DNA from: an uncultured Prevotella sp.
Lineage (GTDB): Bacteria; Bacteroidota; Bacteroidia; Bacteroidales; Bacteroidaceae
DNA: 64,000 bases
Reading direction: 5' to 3'
NCBI GenBank assembly: GCA_945787895.1
Contig: CALZJQ010000002.1
Location: forward strand, 1,853-65,852
In this document: positions 27,621 to 38,039 of the stretch, one piece after another
Layout: each line of letters starts with the position of its first letter
Numbering within the stretch: the first letter of the stretch is position 1
Made by a program: the position numbers and the translations under genes
The notes under the pieces: model-generated
The model's database searches: none
What the model was told of the DNA's origin: nothing
What the model saw: the letters and a program-made list of their open reading frames with translations, nothing else

Positions 27621-30600
27621 ATGCAAAGAATCACACTCTCATTGATACTCCTCATTGCAAGTGCCCTGTCATCAATTACAATGGCTCAGGACCAGAAGTT
27701 GTCATTCAACTTCAAAAACGAAGCACTGACGGAAGTAATCAAGAAACTCGACACCGCAACAGACTACTCATTCAAAGTCGATTGCGATGCAAGCAAGTAT
27801 CGAGTGAGCGGCAATCTAAAGGATGTCAGCCTGTTCACTATCCTTAACTATGTCCTTGCAGACACTCCACTTGACTATAAGGTAAGTGGAAAGCAAATCA
27901 CAGTATTGGAAAAGTCCGTCAAATCTCCATCAAATCGCATATCCGGAGTTGTAATTTCCGCCGTGGATGGTGAACCGCTGATGGGCGCACAAGTACGAGT
28001 AGCCGGTACTGACCTCGCAACGATAACGGATGCTGACGGCCGTTTCTCGTTCAACGCAGCTCCGCAAGCCGGACAGAAGGTGACCGTATCATACATCGGC
28101 ATGAAGGACATTTCCGTTGCAGCAGGTGCTGACACACGCATCGCAATGGAGTCAGACGCACAACAGTTGAGCGACGTAGTGGTCAACGGTTTCTTCACAC
28201 GCAAGAAGCAGACATTTACCGGCTCTGCACGCACAATGTCTGGAGAAGAAATACTTAAGGTCTCTCCTACCAACCTCCTGCAGACACTCTCCGCTCTTGA
28301 CCCAGCCCTGAACATCACTCAGAACAACGCGGCAGGAAGCAACCCCAATGCTGTGCCTGACCTTGTAATCCGAAGCACTACATCCCTTGCTTCCGGCAAC
28401 GAGGTTGGTCTGAACGCACCACTCATTGTCATTGACGGAGTAGAGCAGAGTCTGACAGCCCTTTACGACCTTGACATAAACGATATCGAGCGAGTAGATA
28501 TTCTCAAGGATGCTTCTGCCACTGCTCTCTATGGTGAAAACGCAGCAAATGGCGTCATAGTGATAGAGCGCAAGCGAGTGAGCCAGTCGCCTCTCCGCAT
28601 ACGTTATACGTTCACGCCCGAAATTAGTTTCGCAGACCTTAGCAGTTATGACGTCTGCAATGCCGCACAGAAACTTGAACTGGAGCGTCTTGCCGGACTT
28701 TATAACTCATCTACGGGCAGCCTCGACCAGGAGTATTACGATAAACTCGCATTGGTGAGCAGCGGACTGGACACAGACTGGTTGTCCAAGCCAATCCGCA
28801 ACAGCTTCTCACATGAGCATTCGGTCTCCATATCAGGACGTGGTTCAGGTCTCGACTACAACATCAAAGCCAACTACCAATCCAAGAACGGAGTGATGAA
28901 AGACGACGGCCGTAACCGCTATGGAATGGACTTGTATCTTTCCTATACGGCAGTAAAAGACCTCGTGCTTACCCTGCGTGCATCCCACCAGCAGTTAGAC
29001 GTGAACAATTCAAAATACGGTTCTTTCTCAGAGTACTACAGAGCGAATCCATACGATTCCCCATACGACTCATTTGGAAATCTCCGTTCAAGGCTGTCTT
29101 ACGACATGAACAACCCTTTGTATGAAGCATCACTGAGCAGTTTCGACAAATCACAGACACGCACGCAGCTCATATCTCTTGATGCACGCTACAACATCCT
29201 GCCGAATTTCTATATCACCGGTCAGGCTTCCTACTCAACGGCTAAAGGTACGTCAGACGTGTTCATCTCCCCGGAATCCAACTATTTCGCAAACACCACT
29301 GTACTCAGCCAGAAAGGCCTTTACACAAAAGGCAACACTTCGGATGACAACTGGAGCGCAAAACTCGTTGCAAACTACATCCACAGTTTCGACAACGACG
29401 GCACGATGCTCACACTTAACCTCGGTGCAGAAGCAAAACATCAGGACCTTCACTCAAGCACTCTCGTCGGAACAGGTTTCCTCTCCGACTCACATGACGA
29501 CATGGCATACGCAACGGCATACCCCACCTCGGGTGGTCCTACTGGTTCACAGGACGTTTCCGCAAGCTGTGGAGGTTTTGTGGCAGCCAACTTCATGATT
29601 AAGAACCGTTACATAATAGACGGTTCATACCGCATCTCCGGTTCTTCCAAGTTCGGTTCAGACCACAGATACGCCCCATTCTGGTCTGTTGGCGGAGGCT
29701 ACAACATGCACAACGAGGAATGGATCAAGAAACTTGGTTGGGTCAACACCCTTCGCCTACGTGCAAGCTATGGTTTTACTGGTAGCGTGAAGTTCAATCC
29801 TTATCAGGCAGTGACGACCTATAAGTACGACACTGACTACCTTGGATTTACCGGAGTCGGTGCCATTCCTATGGGTATGGCTAACCCTGACCTCAAATGG
29901 CAGACAACAAAGAAATTCAACATTGGACTCACATCCTCTTTCCTGAATGACCGCCTGAACGTGAACTTCGATTTCTATAAGGAGCGCACGTCTGACATGC
30001 TCATAGATATGTCACTCCCACCGTCATCAGGTGCCACCACAGTAAAGGCAAACCTCGGCTCACAAGACAGCGAAGGATATGAATTCTCCGTATGGGGAAA
30101 GATTATCCAGACTAAGGAATGGGAATGGAATCTCTCAGCCAACGGCCTGCACAGCAAGACTACGATAAAGAACATCTCAGAGGCTCTGAAACGCCATAAT
30201 GAAGAAAACGCCCAGAACAACGTCTCTTCCACTCCTCTCTACCAATATCGTGAGGGGGCTTCACCGACGGCAATCTATGCAGTTCGCTCTGCTGGTATTG
30301 ACCCGGCATCAGGAAAAGAGATATTCATCAAGAAGGATGGCTCATACACATACACGTACGACAGCAAAGACATGGTTGCATGTGGAGACGTAAATCCTAC
30401 CCTTCAAGGTAGTTTCTCAACGCAAGTCAAGTATCAGCGTCTTTCAATGAGTCTGTACTTCTCCTATCGTTTCGGTGGCGAAATGTACAACTCCACACGT
30501 ATGTCAAAAGTAGAAAACATCAATCCCCGATACAACTGTGACCTTCGTGCATTTACCGAACGATGGAAACAACCGGGAGACGTAGTACCATATCTCGACA

Positions 30601-30851
30601 TATCTCTTACAGGAGGCAACTCTTTCTCATACAGCGACCGCTTCGTAGAGAAGGACAACGAGCTGTGGCTCTCAAGCCTGTACTTCCAATATGATGTGCC
30701 ATTGGATTTCCTCAAGCGTTTCAACATCCAGAAACTCTATGTAGGTCTCGGCACAGAAGACCTCTTCCGTCTCACATCTGCCAAGTATGAACGAGGTACG
30801 TCATATCCGTTCAGCCGCACTGTGAATATGTCGTTTAGCATAACATTTTAA
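27621..30851 (+). CDS. SusC/RagA TonB-dependent transporter with N-terminal STN domain
   Basis: STN-like LSFNFKNEALTEVIKKL; PLIVIDG, ILKDASATALYGENAANGVIVI, GSSKFG, NPDLKWQ; C-terminal F. Confidence 0.95.
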   Translation: MQRITLSLILLIASALSSITMAQDQKLSFNFKNEALTEVIKKLDTATDYSFKVDCDASKYRVSGNLKDVSLFTILNYVLADTPLDYKVSGKQITVLEKSVKSPSNRISGVVISAVDGEPLMGAQVRVAGTDLATITDADGRFSFNAAPQAGQKVTVSYIGMKDISVAAGADTRIAMESDAQQLSDVVVNGFFTRKKQTFTGSARTMSGEEILKVSPTNLLQTLSALDPALNITQNNAAGSNPNAVPDLVIRSTTSLASGNEVGLNAPLIVIDGVEQSLTALYDLDINDIERVDILKDASATALYGENAANGVIVIERKRVSQSPLRIRYTFTPEISFADLSSYDVCNAAQKLELERLAGLYNSSTGSLDQEYYDKLALVSSGLDTDWLSKPIRNSFSHEHSVSISGRGSGLDYNIKANYQSKNGVMKDDGRNRYGMDLYLSYTAVKDLVLTLRASHQQLDVNNSKYGSFSEYYRANPYDSPYDSFGNLRSRLSYDMNNPLYEASLSSFDKSQTRTQLISLDARYNILPNFYITGQASYSTAKGTSDVFISPESNYFANTTVLSQKGLYTKGNTSDDNWSAKLVANYIHSFDNDGTMLTLNLGAEAKHQDLHSSTLVGTGFLSDSHDDMAYATAYPTSGGPTGSQDVSASCGGFVAANFMIKNRYIIDGSYRISGSSKFGSDHRYAPFWSVGGGYNMHNEEWIKKLGWVNTLRLRASYGFTGSVKFNPYQAVTTYKYDTDYLGFTGVGAIPMGMANPDLKWQTTKKFNIGLTSSFLNDRLNVNFDFYKERTSDMLIDMSLPPSSGATTVKANLGSQDSEGYEFSVWGKIIQTKEWEWNLSANGLHSKTTIKNISEALKRHNEENAQNNVSSTPLYQYREGASPTAIYAVRSAGIDPASGKEIFIKKDGSYTYTYDSKDMVACGDVNPTLQGSFSTQVKYQRLSMSLYFSYRFGGEMYNSTRMSKVENINPRYNCDLRAFTERWKQPGDVVPYLDISLTGGNSFSYSDRFVEKDNELWLSSLYFQYDVPLDFLKRFNIQKLYVGLGTEDLFRLTSAKYERGTSYPFSRTVNMSFSITF

Positions 30852-30869
30852 CTAAGAAAGAAAAGAATA

Positions 30870-32321
30870 ATGAGAAAACTGAATATATTCATCATCATCC
30901 TGACCTGCGGATTGATGCTCACATCATGCGATGATTTCCTCGATGTCCGCCCAGACTCGCAGAAAGTGGAGTCTGACCTTTTCTCTACGCCGCAGGGATT
31001 TGAGGATGCCATTTACGGTGTCTATGGTTCCATGCAAGTAACCTCCCTCTATGGTAAGGAATTGTCATGGGGACTCGCCGACATACTGTCACAAGACCTC
31101 AAGCAGAACGTCACAAGTTCCTTGGCTCTGGCACGCTATGAATATGACAGTGACGATGAGCTGAAAAGCCGTTTTGACGCTCTTTGGAAAGCTGCATATA
31201 CATCCATAGGCTATGCGAACAACGTATTAAAGAACCTTGAAGACAAGGACAAGTCATCCCTTCCACTTTACAATCTGTACAAAGGAGAGATGCTGGCGGT
31301 GCGTGCAATGCTTCATTTCGACCTCCTACGCTTCTTCTGTGCCACAGACGAGACGAAACAAGGCATCCCATACGTGACAAAATATGCTATGGATACTAAT
31401 GACTTCAAAAAAGTAGGCGAAGTATATGACCTTATACTCAAGGATCTGGACGAAGCTGAGGAATTGCTGAAAGATGACGAGAAGACCATTGTTTTTCCAC
31501 GCAACAACAGCAATTACTACAAATTCCAGAACTATCGTGAGACCCACTGCAACTATTACGCTGTACTTGCACTCAAAGCCCGTGTATATTGGATGCGCGG
31601 CAATCTGGCTAAGGCTGGAGAATATGCGGCAAAGGTCATTGACAGCAAGAAATTCCCGCTCGTGGAACCATCTGACATAAAAGACGTATTTGCAGGTCGT
31701 TTATCTCCCAACGAAACCATCTGGGGACTGTACTCTACTTCCTTCCAGAAGACAAGCAAGGATTACCTCTACGAACAGCAGTCGTTCAAGAGTTACGACC
31801 CATATTTTGATGGAACGGGAGCAACGCACCTACTTCCTTTCGAAGGCCTATACAAACTTGACGTAGATGCCATATCACAAGATTATCGCTACAGTAACTG
31901 GTTTAAGCTTGGCAAGGGTTACGCTCGCTGCATAAAGATTGTTGATACATACTCTATCGAAGGAGAACAAACCTCAGAGTGGGAAGAACGCATCGAAGGC
32001 ATCAATCTTCTGCATATATCAGAAATGTATCTTATAGCATCAGAAGCATTCCTCAACAGTGACTACAAGCGCGCATTGTCCTACTTTAACGAAGAGACGA
32101 CCTCTCGCGGACTCTCTCCTCTCGCCGAGGGCGCGACACTCACCAAAGAGCGAATCTTCAATGAATACCACAAAGAAATGTTCGGTGAGGGACAGGTATG
32201 GTTCAACATGAAACGCACTTATCGTGACATACAGTCTAACCTTGACAACAAGGTGATAACAGGTAGTGAGGAACTATATGTAGTACCAATCCCACAGGAC
32301 GAATTCAATTACAGAAACTAA
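30870..32321 (+). CDS. SusD/RagB lipoprotein
   Basis: Lipobox LTSC-DDFLDVRP; GEMLAVRAMLHFDLLRFF; EYHKEMFGEGQVWFNMKR; YVVPIP. Confidence 0.93.
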   Translation: MRKLNIFIIILTCGLMLTSCDDFLDVRPDSQKVESDLFSTPQGFEDAIYGVYGSMQVTSLYGKELSWGLADILSQDLKQNVTSSLALARYEYDSDDELKSRFDALWKAAYTSIGYANNVLKNLEDKDKSSLPLYNLYKGEMLAVRAMLHFDLLRFFCATDETKQGIPYVTKYAMDTNDFKKVGEVYDLILKDLDEAEELLKDDEKTIVFPRNNSNYYKFQNYRETHCNYYAVLALKARVYWMRGNLAKAGEYAAKVIDSKKFPLVEPSDIKDVFAGRLSPNETIWGLYSTSFQKTSKDYLYEQQSFKSYDPYFDGTGATHLLPFEGLYKLDVDAISQDYRYSNWFKLGKGYARCIKIVDTYSIEGEQTSEWEERIEGINLLHISEMYLIASEAFLNSDYKRALSYFNEETTSRGLSPLAEGATLTKERIFNEYHKEMFGEGQVWFNMKRTYRDIQSNLDNKVITGSEELYVVPIPQDEFNYRN

Positions 32322-32340
32322 TCACCAAGAGAGTAAAACA

Positions 32341-33108
32341 ATGAAAAAATGGAAAAACATTCTGTCGCTTTGCATTACCCTCGCAGCTTTCACGGCTTGC
32401 TCCGAGGAAGATTACAAGGTGTATGACACTACGCAGACAGACAACATATTCTTCAGTTACTTCAACGAGAAGAATCAGGCAGACTCTATCATCTCATATA
32501 ATTTCGGTTTCGATATTGCCAACGAGCATATCGTTGAAATCCCTGTCACATTGATGGGTATGCCTTCAGAGAAAGATAGAACCATAGGACTTAAGGCTGT
32601 ATCTGATTCCACGGAAATGGCAGAAGGCACACACTACATCATCGACCGTGCCCTGCTGCGTGCAGGACGCATAGATGATACCATACGTGTAAAACTTCTT
32701 CGCCCTGATGATGAAAAATTCCGCACAGAAGCCTTGAGACTCTACCTGGAAATAGAGCCTACAAGCGACCTCTCCATTACCGGACAGAAGACTTTCACCA
32801 TCATGGGATCTGACATACGAGTGTCAAGTCGCCCTGCATGGTGGTATGACTATGAGAAACTGCCGGAGTATTCTTTTGAGAATGCCCAGCTATTCTTCAA
32901 GTATTTCTACGATTTGGCTCCAAAGGCTAACAAAGATGTGTTTGATGAAATCATCAACAGGTATGGAGATTATTTCATCAATGCAAAGCAGTTACAAGGG
33001 CCTTTCTCTATGTATTGGAACTTTATTGCGAAATATGTCCTCATTCCTCTATATAACGACACTAAGGACACAATCAACTGGCCGAATGGAGCTCCTGGAG
33101 TAAACTAA
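32341..33108 (+). CDS. DUF4843-like lipoprotein
   Basis: Lipobox FTAC; IPVTLMG…DR, EGTHY, DTIRVKLLR, RPAWW; position after SusD. Confidence 0.75.
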   Translation: MKKWKNILSLCITLAAFTACSEEDYKVYDTTQTDNIFFSYFNEKNQADSIISYNFGFDIANEHIVEIPVTLMGMPSEKDRTIGLKAVSDSTEMAEGTHYIIDRALLRAGRIDDTIRVKLLRPDDEKFRTEALRLYLEIEPTSDLSITGQKTFTIMGSDIRVSSRPAWWYDYEKLPEYSFENAQLFFKYFYDLAPKANKDVFDEIINRYGDYFINAKQLQGPFSMYWNFIAKYVLIPLYNDTKDTINWPNGAPGVN

Positions 33109-33138
33109 AAGGTATCACCAATTATTTATAAAGATAAT

Positions 33139-34689
33139 ATGAAAAAACATCACATATTGATAGCATGGGCATTTACAGGACTGCTGTCACTTGGACTGAT
33201 TTCCTGTATTTCGGATGACAGCGAAGCAGGCGACATGACAGGAAACAGCGTTCCTACTCTCACCATTGAGGGTACCGACACCGAAGAAATACCCACATAC
33301 AATCTATATCTTGGAAACGAATGCGTCATCAATCCACAGATTTCCTACTCTGGAAGCAATGAGAACGACCTGAAATACTCATGGAAAATCGGCACTTATG
33401 CCAATGGAGTCAAGGGAGAACTCGAAGAAGTCAGCACAGAGCGTAACCTACACTACACATTCGACAAGGGCGGGTCATACTATGCTCACTTCACTGCCAC
33501 TGACGGGAAAGTCGGTAAAGCCGTAGATTACAAAATCAATGTCAACCGCACCTTTGAGGAAGGATACGTACTCACCACAACAAACTCAGACGGAAAAGGA
33601 AACCTCACATTTGTAAAGATTCTCACTCCCGAAGAGATTGCTGCCGGACAAAAGAATGTCATCATGGAAAATTGTATGGAAAAGATGAATGAAGGGGTTT
33701 CCGAACAGGGCTTACTTGCTTCAGTTATCAAGACATTCTACATAAACTACCCAAAACAAGCTACCCGTCTGTGTGTCTCTACCGACAAGACGTGCTATGT
33801 ACTTGACCCTAACAACCTGACAATTCTCACACAGATTAATTACGAAGAACTCTATCCAGGATTTAAGGCTACTCACTTCATCAATGACAGTTATGCGCCT
33901 TATGCGTATGATGCAAAAATGAAAAAATTTGCCCATATCGACCTCACATATCTCTTTCCTTACGAAAAAGACCACTATCTGCAGTGTCATGCAGAGGATT
34001 TCATCGTAAACAAATATGTGTCATGGGGATCTGAGAACCTCTATACCTTCTACTTGGATTACACTAACAACAAGGTTGCGATGTATAGTTCTTATGCTCC
34101 ATATTTTGGTCTTGACACGTATTTCCCTGATACAGAGAACATACTTGAGGGAAATACTCTCATCACCGCATTCTATGGAGACCAGCCTGGTTCAAACTAT
34201 GTGACTCCGACATACTTCATCACTCGTGAGAACTCCACTGGCAACATTGTCCTGTGGACAAATTCTGATGACAGCTATTTCTACACGGCTTCCAACTTCA
34301 AATGCCAGACAATTACTCCTACTGACAATACTGCAGTACCAGAGAGAAATACAACGCTCGTTGCTTCCACTAAACAGCAACGCTATTATTACTCTCTCGG
34401 AAACAGCATTTACGTTTTCCTTCCAAAGAGCGATTTCGCCCTTCCGGAAAAGAGCCAATATGCTATAGAGTACAACGGAAATGAGGAGGTGACATTCTTA
34501 GATGTCAATCTTTCTACTGACGAAATGTATGTTGGTACTTACGACAATAGTACGAAACGTGGAAGCTTCTATATCTACGACTGCAAGGATGTACGCACTG
34601 ACAATGCTGGTGGAGTAACCCCAAAAGCCGCATATAAGAACTGTGCTGGCAGGATTTCAGGTATTCTCTACAAGCCGAGCGTGCAGTAA
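33139..34689 (+). CDS. PKD-like family lipoprotein with probable C-terminal beta-propeller
   Basis: Lipobox LISC; INPQISY…LKYSW…STERNL; FEEGYVL; ends GRISGILYK. Confidence 0.72.
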   Translation: MKKHHILIAWAFTGLLSLGLISCISDDSEAGDMTGNSVPTLTIEGTDTEEIPTYNLYLGNECVINPQISYSGSNENDLKYSWKIGTYANGVKGELEEVSTERNLHYTFDKGGSYYAHFTATDGKVGKAVDYKINVNRTFEEGYVLTTTNSDGKGNLTFVKILTPEEIAAGQKNVIMENCMEKMNEGVSEQGLLASVIKTFYINYPKQATRLCVSTDKTCYVLDPNNLTILTQINYEELYPGFKATHFINDSYAPYAYDAKMKKFAHIDLTYLFPYEKDHYLQCHAEDFIVNKYVSWGSENLYTFYLDYTNNKVAMYSSYAPYFGLDTYFPDTENILEGNTLITAFYGDQPGSNYVTPTYFITRENSTGNIVLWTNSDDSYFYTASNFKCQTITPTDNTAVPERNTTLVASTKQQRYYYSLGNSIYVFLPKSDFALPEKSQYAIEYNGNEEVTFLDVNLSTDEMYVGTYDNSTKRGSFYIYDCKDVRTDNAGGVTPKAAYKNCAGRISGILYKPSVQ

Positions 34690-34775
34690 AGTCCTTGAAA
34701 TGCTTTTCCTTTCAGATTTAAGGAGGTTTGAGTTTGACGGTCAACCGAAAATCCTCACGGCAATCTGAAACTAAA

Positions 34776-34832
34776 AATCGCGCTGACGCATCAGACTCGC
34801 CCATGAGGGCGGCGGTATGCGTCAGCGCGATT
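34776..34832. terminator. Long hairpin/terminator between the convergent PKD gene and topB
   Basis: Perfect 16-bp stem AATCGCGCTGACGCAT/ATGCGTCAGCGCGATT, inner CGCCC-ATGA-GGGCG, T run on the minus strand. Confidence 0.8.
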
Positions 34833-34864
34833 AATTGACAGAACCTGCCTATATTGAAATTTGA

Positions 34865-37102
34865 TTACCCGAATGGTACACGGTAAGCGCATCCGTTTGC
34901 CCATTCACTGCATCCGAAAGCTGTCCTGCCCTTAATGACCTTTCCCTTCCCACATAGGGGACAGGGGGTTCCAGGTTTTAGGTTATCGGTTTTTGGTTGT
35001 CGGTCGGGGCTGGTTGGCTGGTTAGTTGTTCGGTTGTTTTTGTCTTTGTCTTTGTCTATATTTTTGTCTTTGTCTTTGTTTTTGTTTTTGTCTTTGTTTT
35101 TGTTTTTGCCATCATCTTCCACGACTACAGGGATGCGACGGTTGGTATTGTCAGAGAGCACTTGGCATACAATAGCGTTTATCTGTTCCTTCAGCTCTGT
35201 GATAAACTGCGCTGGGTCATATTCCATATGCTCTATGTCACGCAGTTTCTTTTCCCAAATACCAGTCAGTTCGGGACTCTTGAGCATATCCTCACGGATA
35301 AGGTCTATGAGTTCAATGCCAGTCGGAGTGGCTACAAGGGATTTCCTCTCCTTACGTATATAACGGCGACGAAAGAGAGTCTCTATTATTGCGGCACGCG
35401 TAGAGGGTCGCCCTATGCCGTTTTCCTTCATTGCGTCACGCAGTTCGTCGTTATCTACAAAGCGTCCTGCCGTCTCCATGGCACGCAGTAAGGTCGCCTC
35501 CGTATAAGGCTTCGGCGGCTGGGTCCATTTCTCGGAGAGGGAAGGATTGTGCGGACCGCTTTCTCCTTTGACAAAGACAGGGAGAGAAGATACCGGAGAA
35601 CTTTCGTCTGACTGCTCTTCGTCGGCATCCCTTACATTTCCTTTCCTGAACACTACTTTCCATCCCTCGTCAAGTACAACCCTGCCTGACGTGCGGAACA
35701 GGATTTTCTCCCCATTCTCCGCGTATTGACTCATTTCATCTGAGAGCCGGGACAATGCCACCTCTCCCATGACTGTCGTGGTCTCAAACTTCAAATCGGG
35801 ATAGAAAGCTGCGATGAACGCGCGGGCCACGAGGTCGAAGACATTACGTTCTGCATCCGAGAGTCCCTGCGGAGGTACTCCTGTCGGGATGATGGCGTGG
35901 TGGTCTGTGACCTTTGACGAGTCGAAGACTTTCTTGCTTTTCTTCAAAGGCTTGCCACCGATAGCCTTTACCAATTCTGCATAGGGGGCTTGTCCGCTGA
36001 CCACGGTCTTGTACAGTCCGTTCATTATCTGCGGACATTTGGCATATATGTCGTCAGAAAGGAATGTGGTATCTACACGGGGATAGGTGGTGAACTTTTT
36101 CTCATACAGCGACTGTATGAGCTGTAAGGTCATGTCGGCAGAATACCCAAATTTCTTGTTGCAATCCACCTGCAGCGATGTCAGGTCGTAAAGCCGCGGA
36201 GGCGCCTCTGTCCCCTTTCTCTTTGTCAGGGATACGATGGTCAGTTCGTTGTCCTTGATGGCAGCCAGCACGGCTTTTCCGGCTTCTTCTGCCTGAAACT
36301 CTATCTGTCTGTACACGGGACCTTTTGACTTTATCGTCCTGCCCTCCTTTGCGGCTGCCTCTATCTCTGCCTTCTCCTCTGCTTCGGCATCTTCATCGTG
36401 GGCAATGGCCGTAAACTTCGTATCACGATAGACGGTAGATAGCACCCAGGATTGTTTCGGTACAAAGGATTCTATTTCTTTCTGCCTGTTTACGATCATG
36501 GCAAGCGTCGGCGTCTGCACCCGCCCTATGGAAAGTACCTGTCCGCTGCTGTTGTCGGGGCGATATTTCAGGGTATATAGGCGCGTGGCATTCATACCGA
36601 GAAGCCAGTCACCGATGGCACGGGAGAGTCCAGCGAGATACAATGGCTCATACGCTTTCTGATCTTTTAGATTTTGGAATCCCTCACGTATGGACTCTTC
36701 TGTCAGTGAGGAGATCCAAAGTCGCTTTACCGGGCACTTCGCCTGCGCTTTCTGCATGACCCATCTCTGTATCAGTTCTCCCTCCTGCCCAGCATCGCCG
36801 CAATTGATGATACTGTCAGCATTCTGCATCAGTTTCTCTATGACGGCAAACTGCGCCTGCACCCCTTTGTCGTCTTTTAGTTTTATACCGAAACGTGGGG
36901 GTATCATAGGCAATGCAGCGAGAGACCAGCGTTTCCAGTTGTCTGTATAATCATTCGGTTCCTTCAATTCACACAGGTGACCGTAAGTCCAGGTCACCTG
37001 ATAGCCGTTGCCCTCCATATATCCAGTATGCGGGGTATTGGCTCCCAATACCTTTGCTATGTCCTTTGCTACGCTTGGTTTCTCTGCTATGCAAACTATC
37101 AT
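34865..37102 (-). CDS. topB: DNA topoisomerase III
   Basis: [50 protein letters not shown]; C-terminal CPLC…C…C zinc ribbon. Confidence 0.93.
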   Translation of the reverse strand: MIVCIAEKPSVAKDIAKVLGANTPHTGYMEGNGYQVTWTYGHLCELKEPNDYTDNWKRWSLAALPMIPPRFGIKLKDDKGVQAQFAVIEKLMQNADSIINCGDAGQEGELIQRWVMQKAQAKCPVKRLWISSLTEESIREGFQNLKDQKAYEPLYLAGLSRAIGDWLLGMNATRLYTLKYRPDNSSGQVLSIGRVQTPTLAMIVNRQKEIESFVPKQSWVLSTVYRDTKFTAIAHDEDAEAEEKAEIEAAAKEGRTIKSKGPVYRQIEFQAEEAGKAVLAAIKDNELTIVSLTKRKGTEAPPRLYDLTSLQVDCNKKFGYSADMTLQLIQSLYEKKFTTYPRVDTTFLSDDIYAKCPQIMNGLYKTVVSGQAPYAELVKAIGGKPLKKSKKVFDSSKVTDHHAIIPTGVPPQGLSDAERNVFDLVARAFIAAFYPDLKFETTTVMGEVALSRLSDEMSQYAENGEKILFRTSGRVVLDEGWKVVFRKGNVRDADEEQSDESSPVSSLPVFVKGESGPHNPSLSEKWTQPPKPYTEATLLRAMETAGRFVDNDELRDAMKENGIGRPSTRAAIIETLFRRRYIRKERKSLVATPTGIELIDLIREDMLKSPELTGIWEKKLRDIEHMEYDPAQFITELKEQINAIVCQVLSDNTNRRIPVVVEDDGKNKNKDKNKNKDKDKNIDKDKDKNNRTTNQPTSPDRQPKTDNLKPGTPCPLCGKGKVIKGRTAFGCSEWANGCAYRVPFG

Positions 37103-37869
37103 TTCGCTGTATCTTTTGGGCTACGTTTGTCTCTATGGTAGGAACGGTATTCATCGAGTTCTATCTCTCGCTCTGACTCCGTAAGGATAATGCCGTGAGG
37201 TAGGCGGAATTTCATGTATTTTATGTTGAGCCCACGCTCTATCCACATTGATTCATAGTAGGTCTGTATGCTGAGAATCTTTCTTGTCTCTTCGTCGATT
37301 CCGGCAGTGTGATAGAGGTCTTCTGTACGAAAGAGTACAGGGAGACTGTTATGCTCTGCCATGTACGTGGTATATGTAAAGAGGAAGTTGGAGTCGGTCT
37401 TGAGATGTATGATGCCGTTATCGACGAGGAAACTACGGTAACGCTCAAGGAAGAACGTGGAGGTGAGCCGCTTGTGCACGTTCTTCATCTGCGGGTCGGA
37501 GAATGTAAGCCATATCTCCGTCACCTCGCCGGCACAGAAGAACCTGTCGATAATCTCTATGTTGGTTCGTAGGAAAGCCACATTCTTCAGTCCTTCCTGC
37601 AGGGCCAATGTGGCTCCTGTCCACATTCTTGCTCCCTTGATGTCAACACCAATGAAATTGATGTCGGGGTAAAGCCTTGCCAACTCTACCGTATATTCTC
37701 CCTTGCCACATCCTAATTCGAGGACAATAGGATTGTCATTATGAAAATATTGCTCACACCAGTGCCCCTTCATGTCAAAAGGCACGTTGTCAATGACAGA
37801 GTAAGGGTATTGGAACACGTTCTCATAGCGTTCCATGTCGGCGAATTTTGCAAGTTTTCCTTTGCCCAT
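37099..37869 (-). CDS. trmB: tRNA (guanine-N7)-methyltransferase
   Basis: [35 protein letters not shown]. Confidence 0.95.
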   Translation of the reverse strand: MGKGKLAKFADMERYENVFQYPYSVIDNVPFDMKGHWCEQYFHNDNPIVLELGCGKGEYTVELARLYPDINFIGVDIKGARMWTGATLALQEGLKNVAFLRTNIEIIDRFFCAGEVTEIWLTFSDPQMKNVHKRLTSTFFLERYRSFLVDNGIIHLKTDSNFLFTYTTYMAEHNSLPVLFRTEDLYHTAGIDEETRKILSIQTYYESMWIERGLNIKYMKFRLPHGIILTESEREIELDEYRSYHRDKRSPKDTAK

Positions 37870-37870
37870 G

Positions 37871-38039
37871 GTTTGTTTGGTTGTTTTGTTGTTTAGTTGT
37901 CCTGTTGTTTAGTTGGCTGTGCCGCAATGGAGATTGTTGTTTAGTTGTTTTGTTGATAGCATTCGACTCTGTTGGAAAGACAAACAACCAAACAACTAAA
38001 CAACAAGACAACCAAACAACTAAACAACAAAACAACAAA
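37871..38039. repeat. Family A octamer-armed palindromic element (composite)
   Basis: Core GTTGATAGCATTCGACTCTGTTGGAAAGACAAAC (37952-37985), about seven AAACAAC(C/T/A) units; fills the ilvE-trmB junction. Confidence 0.85.
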
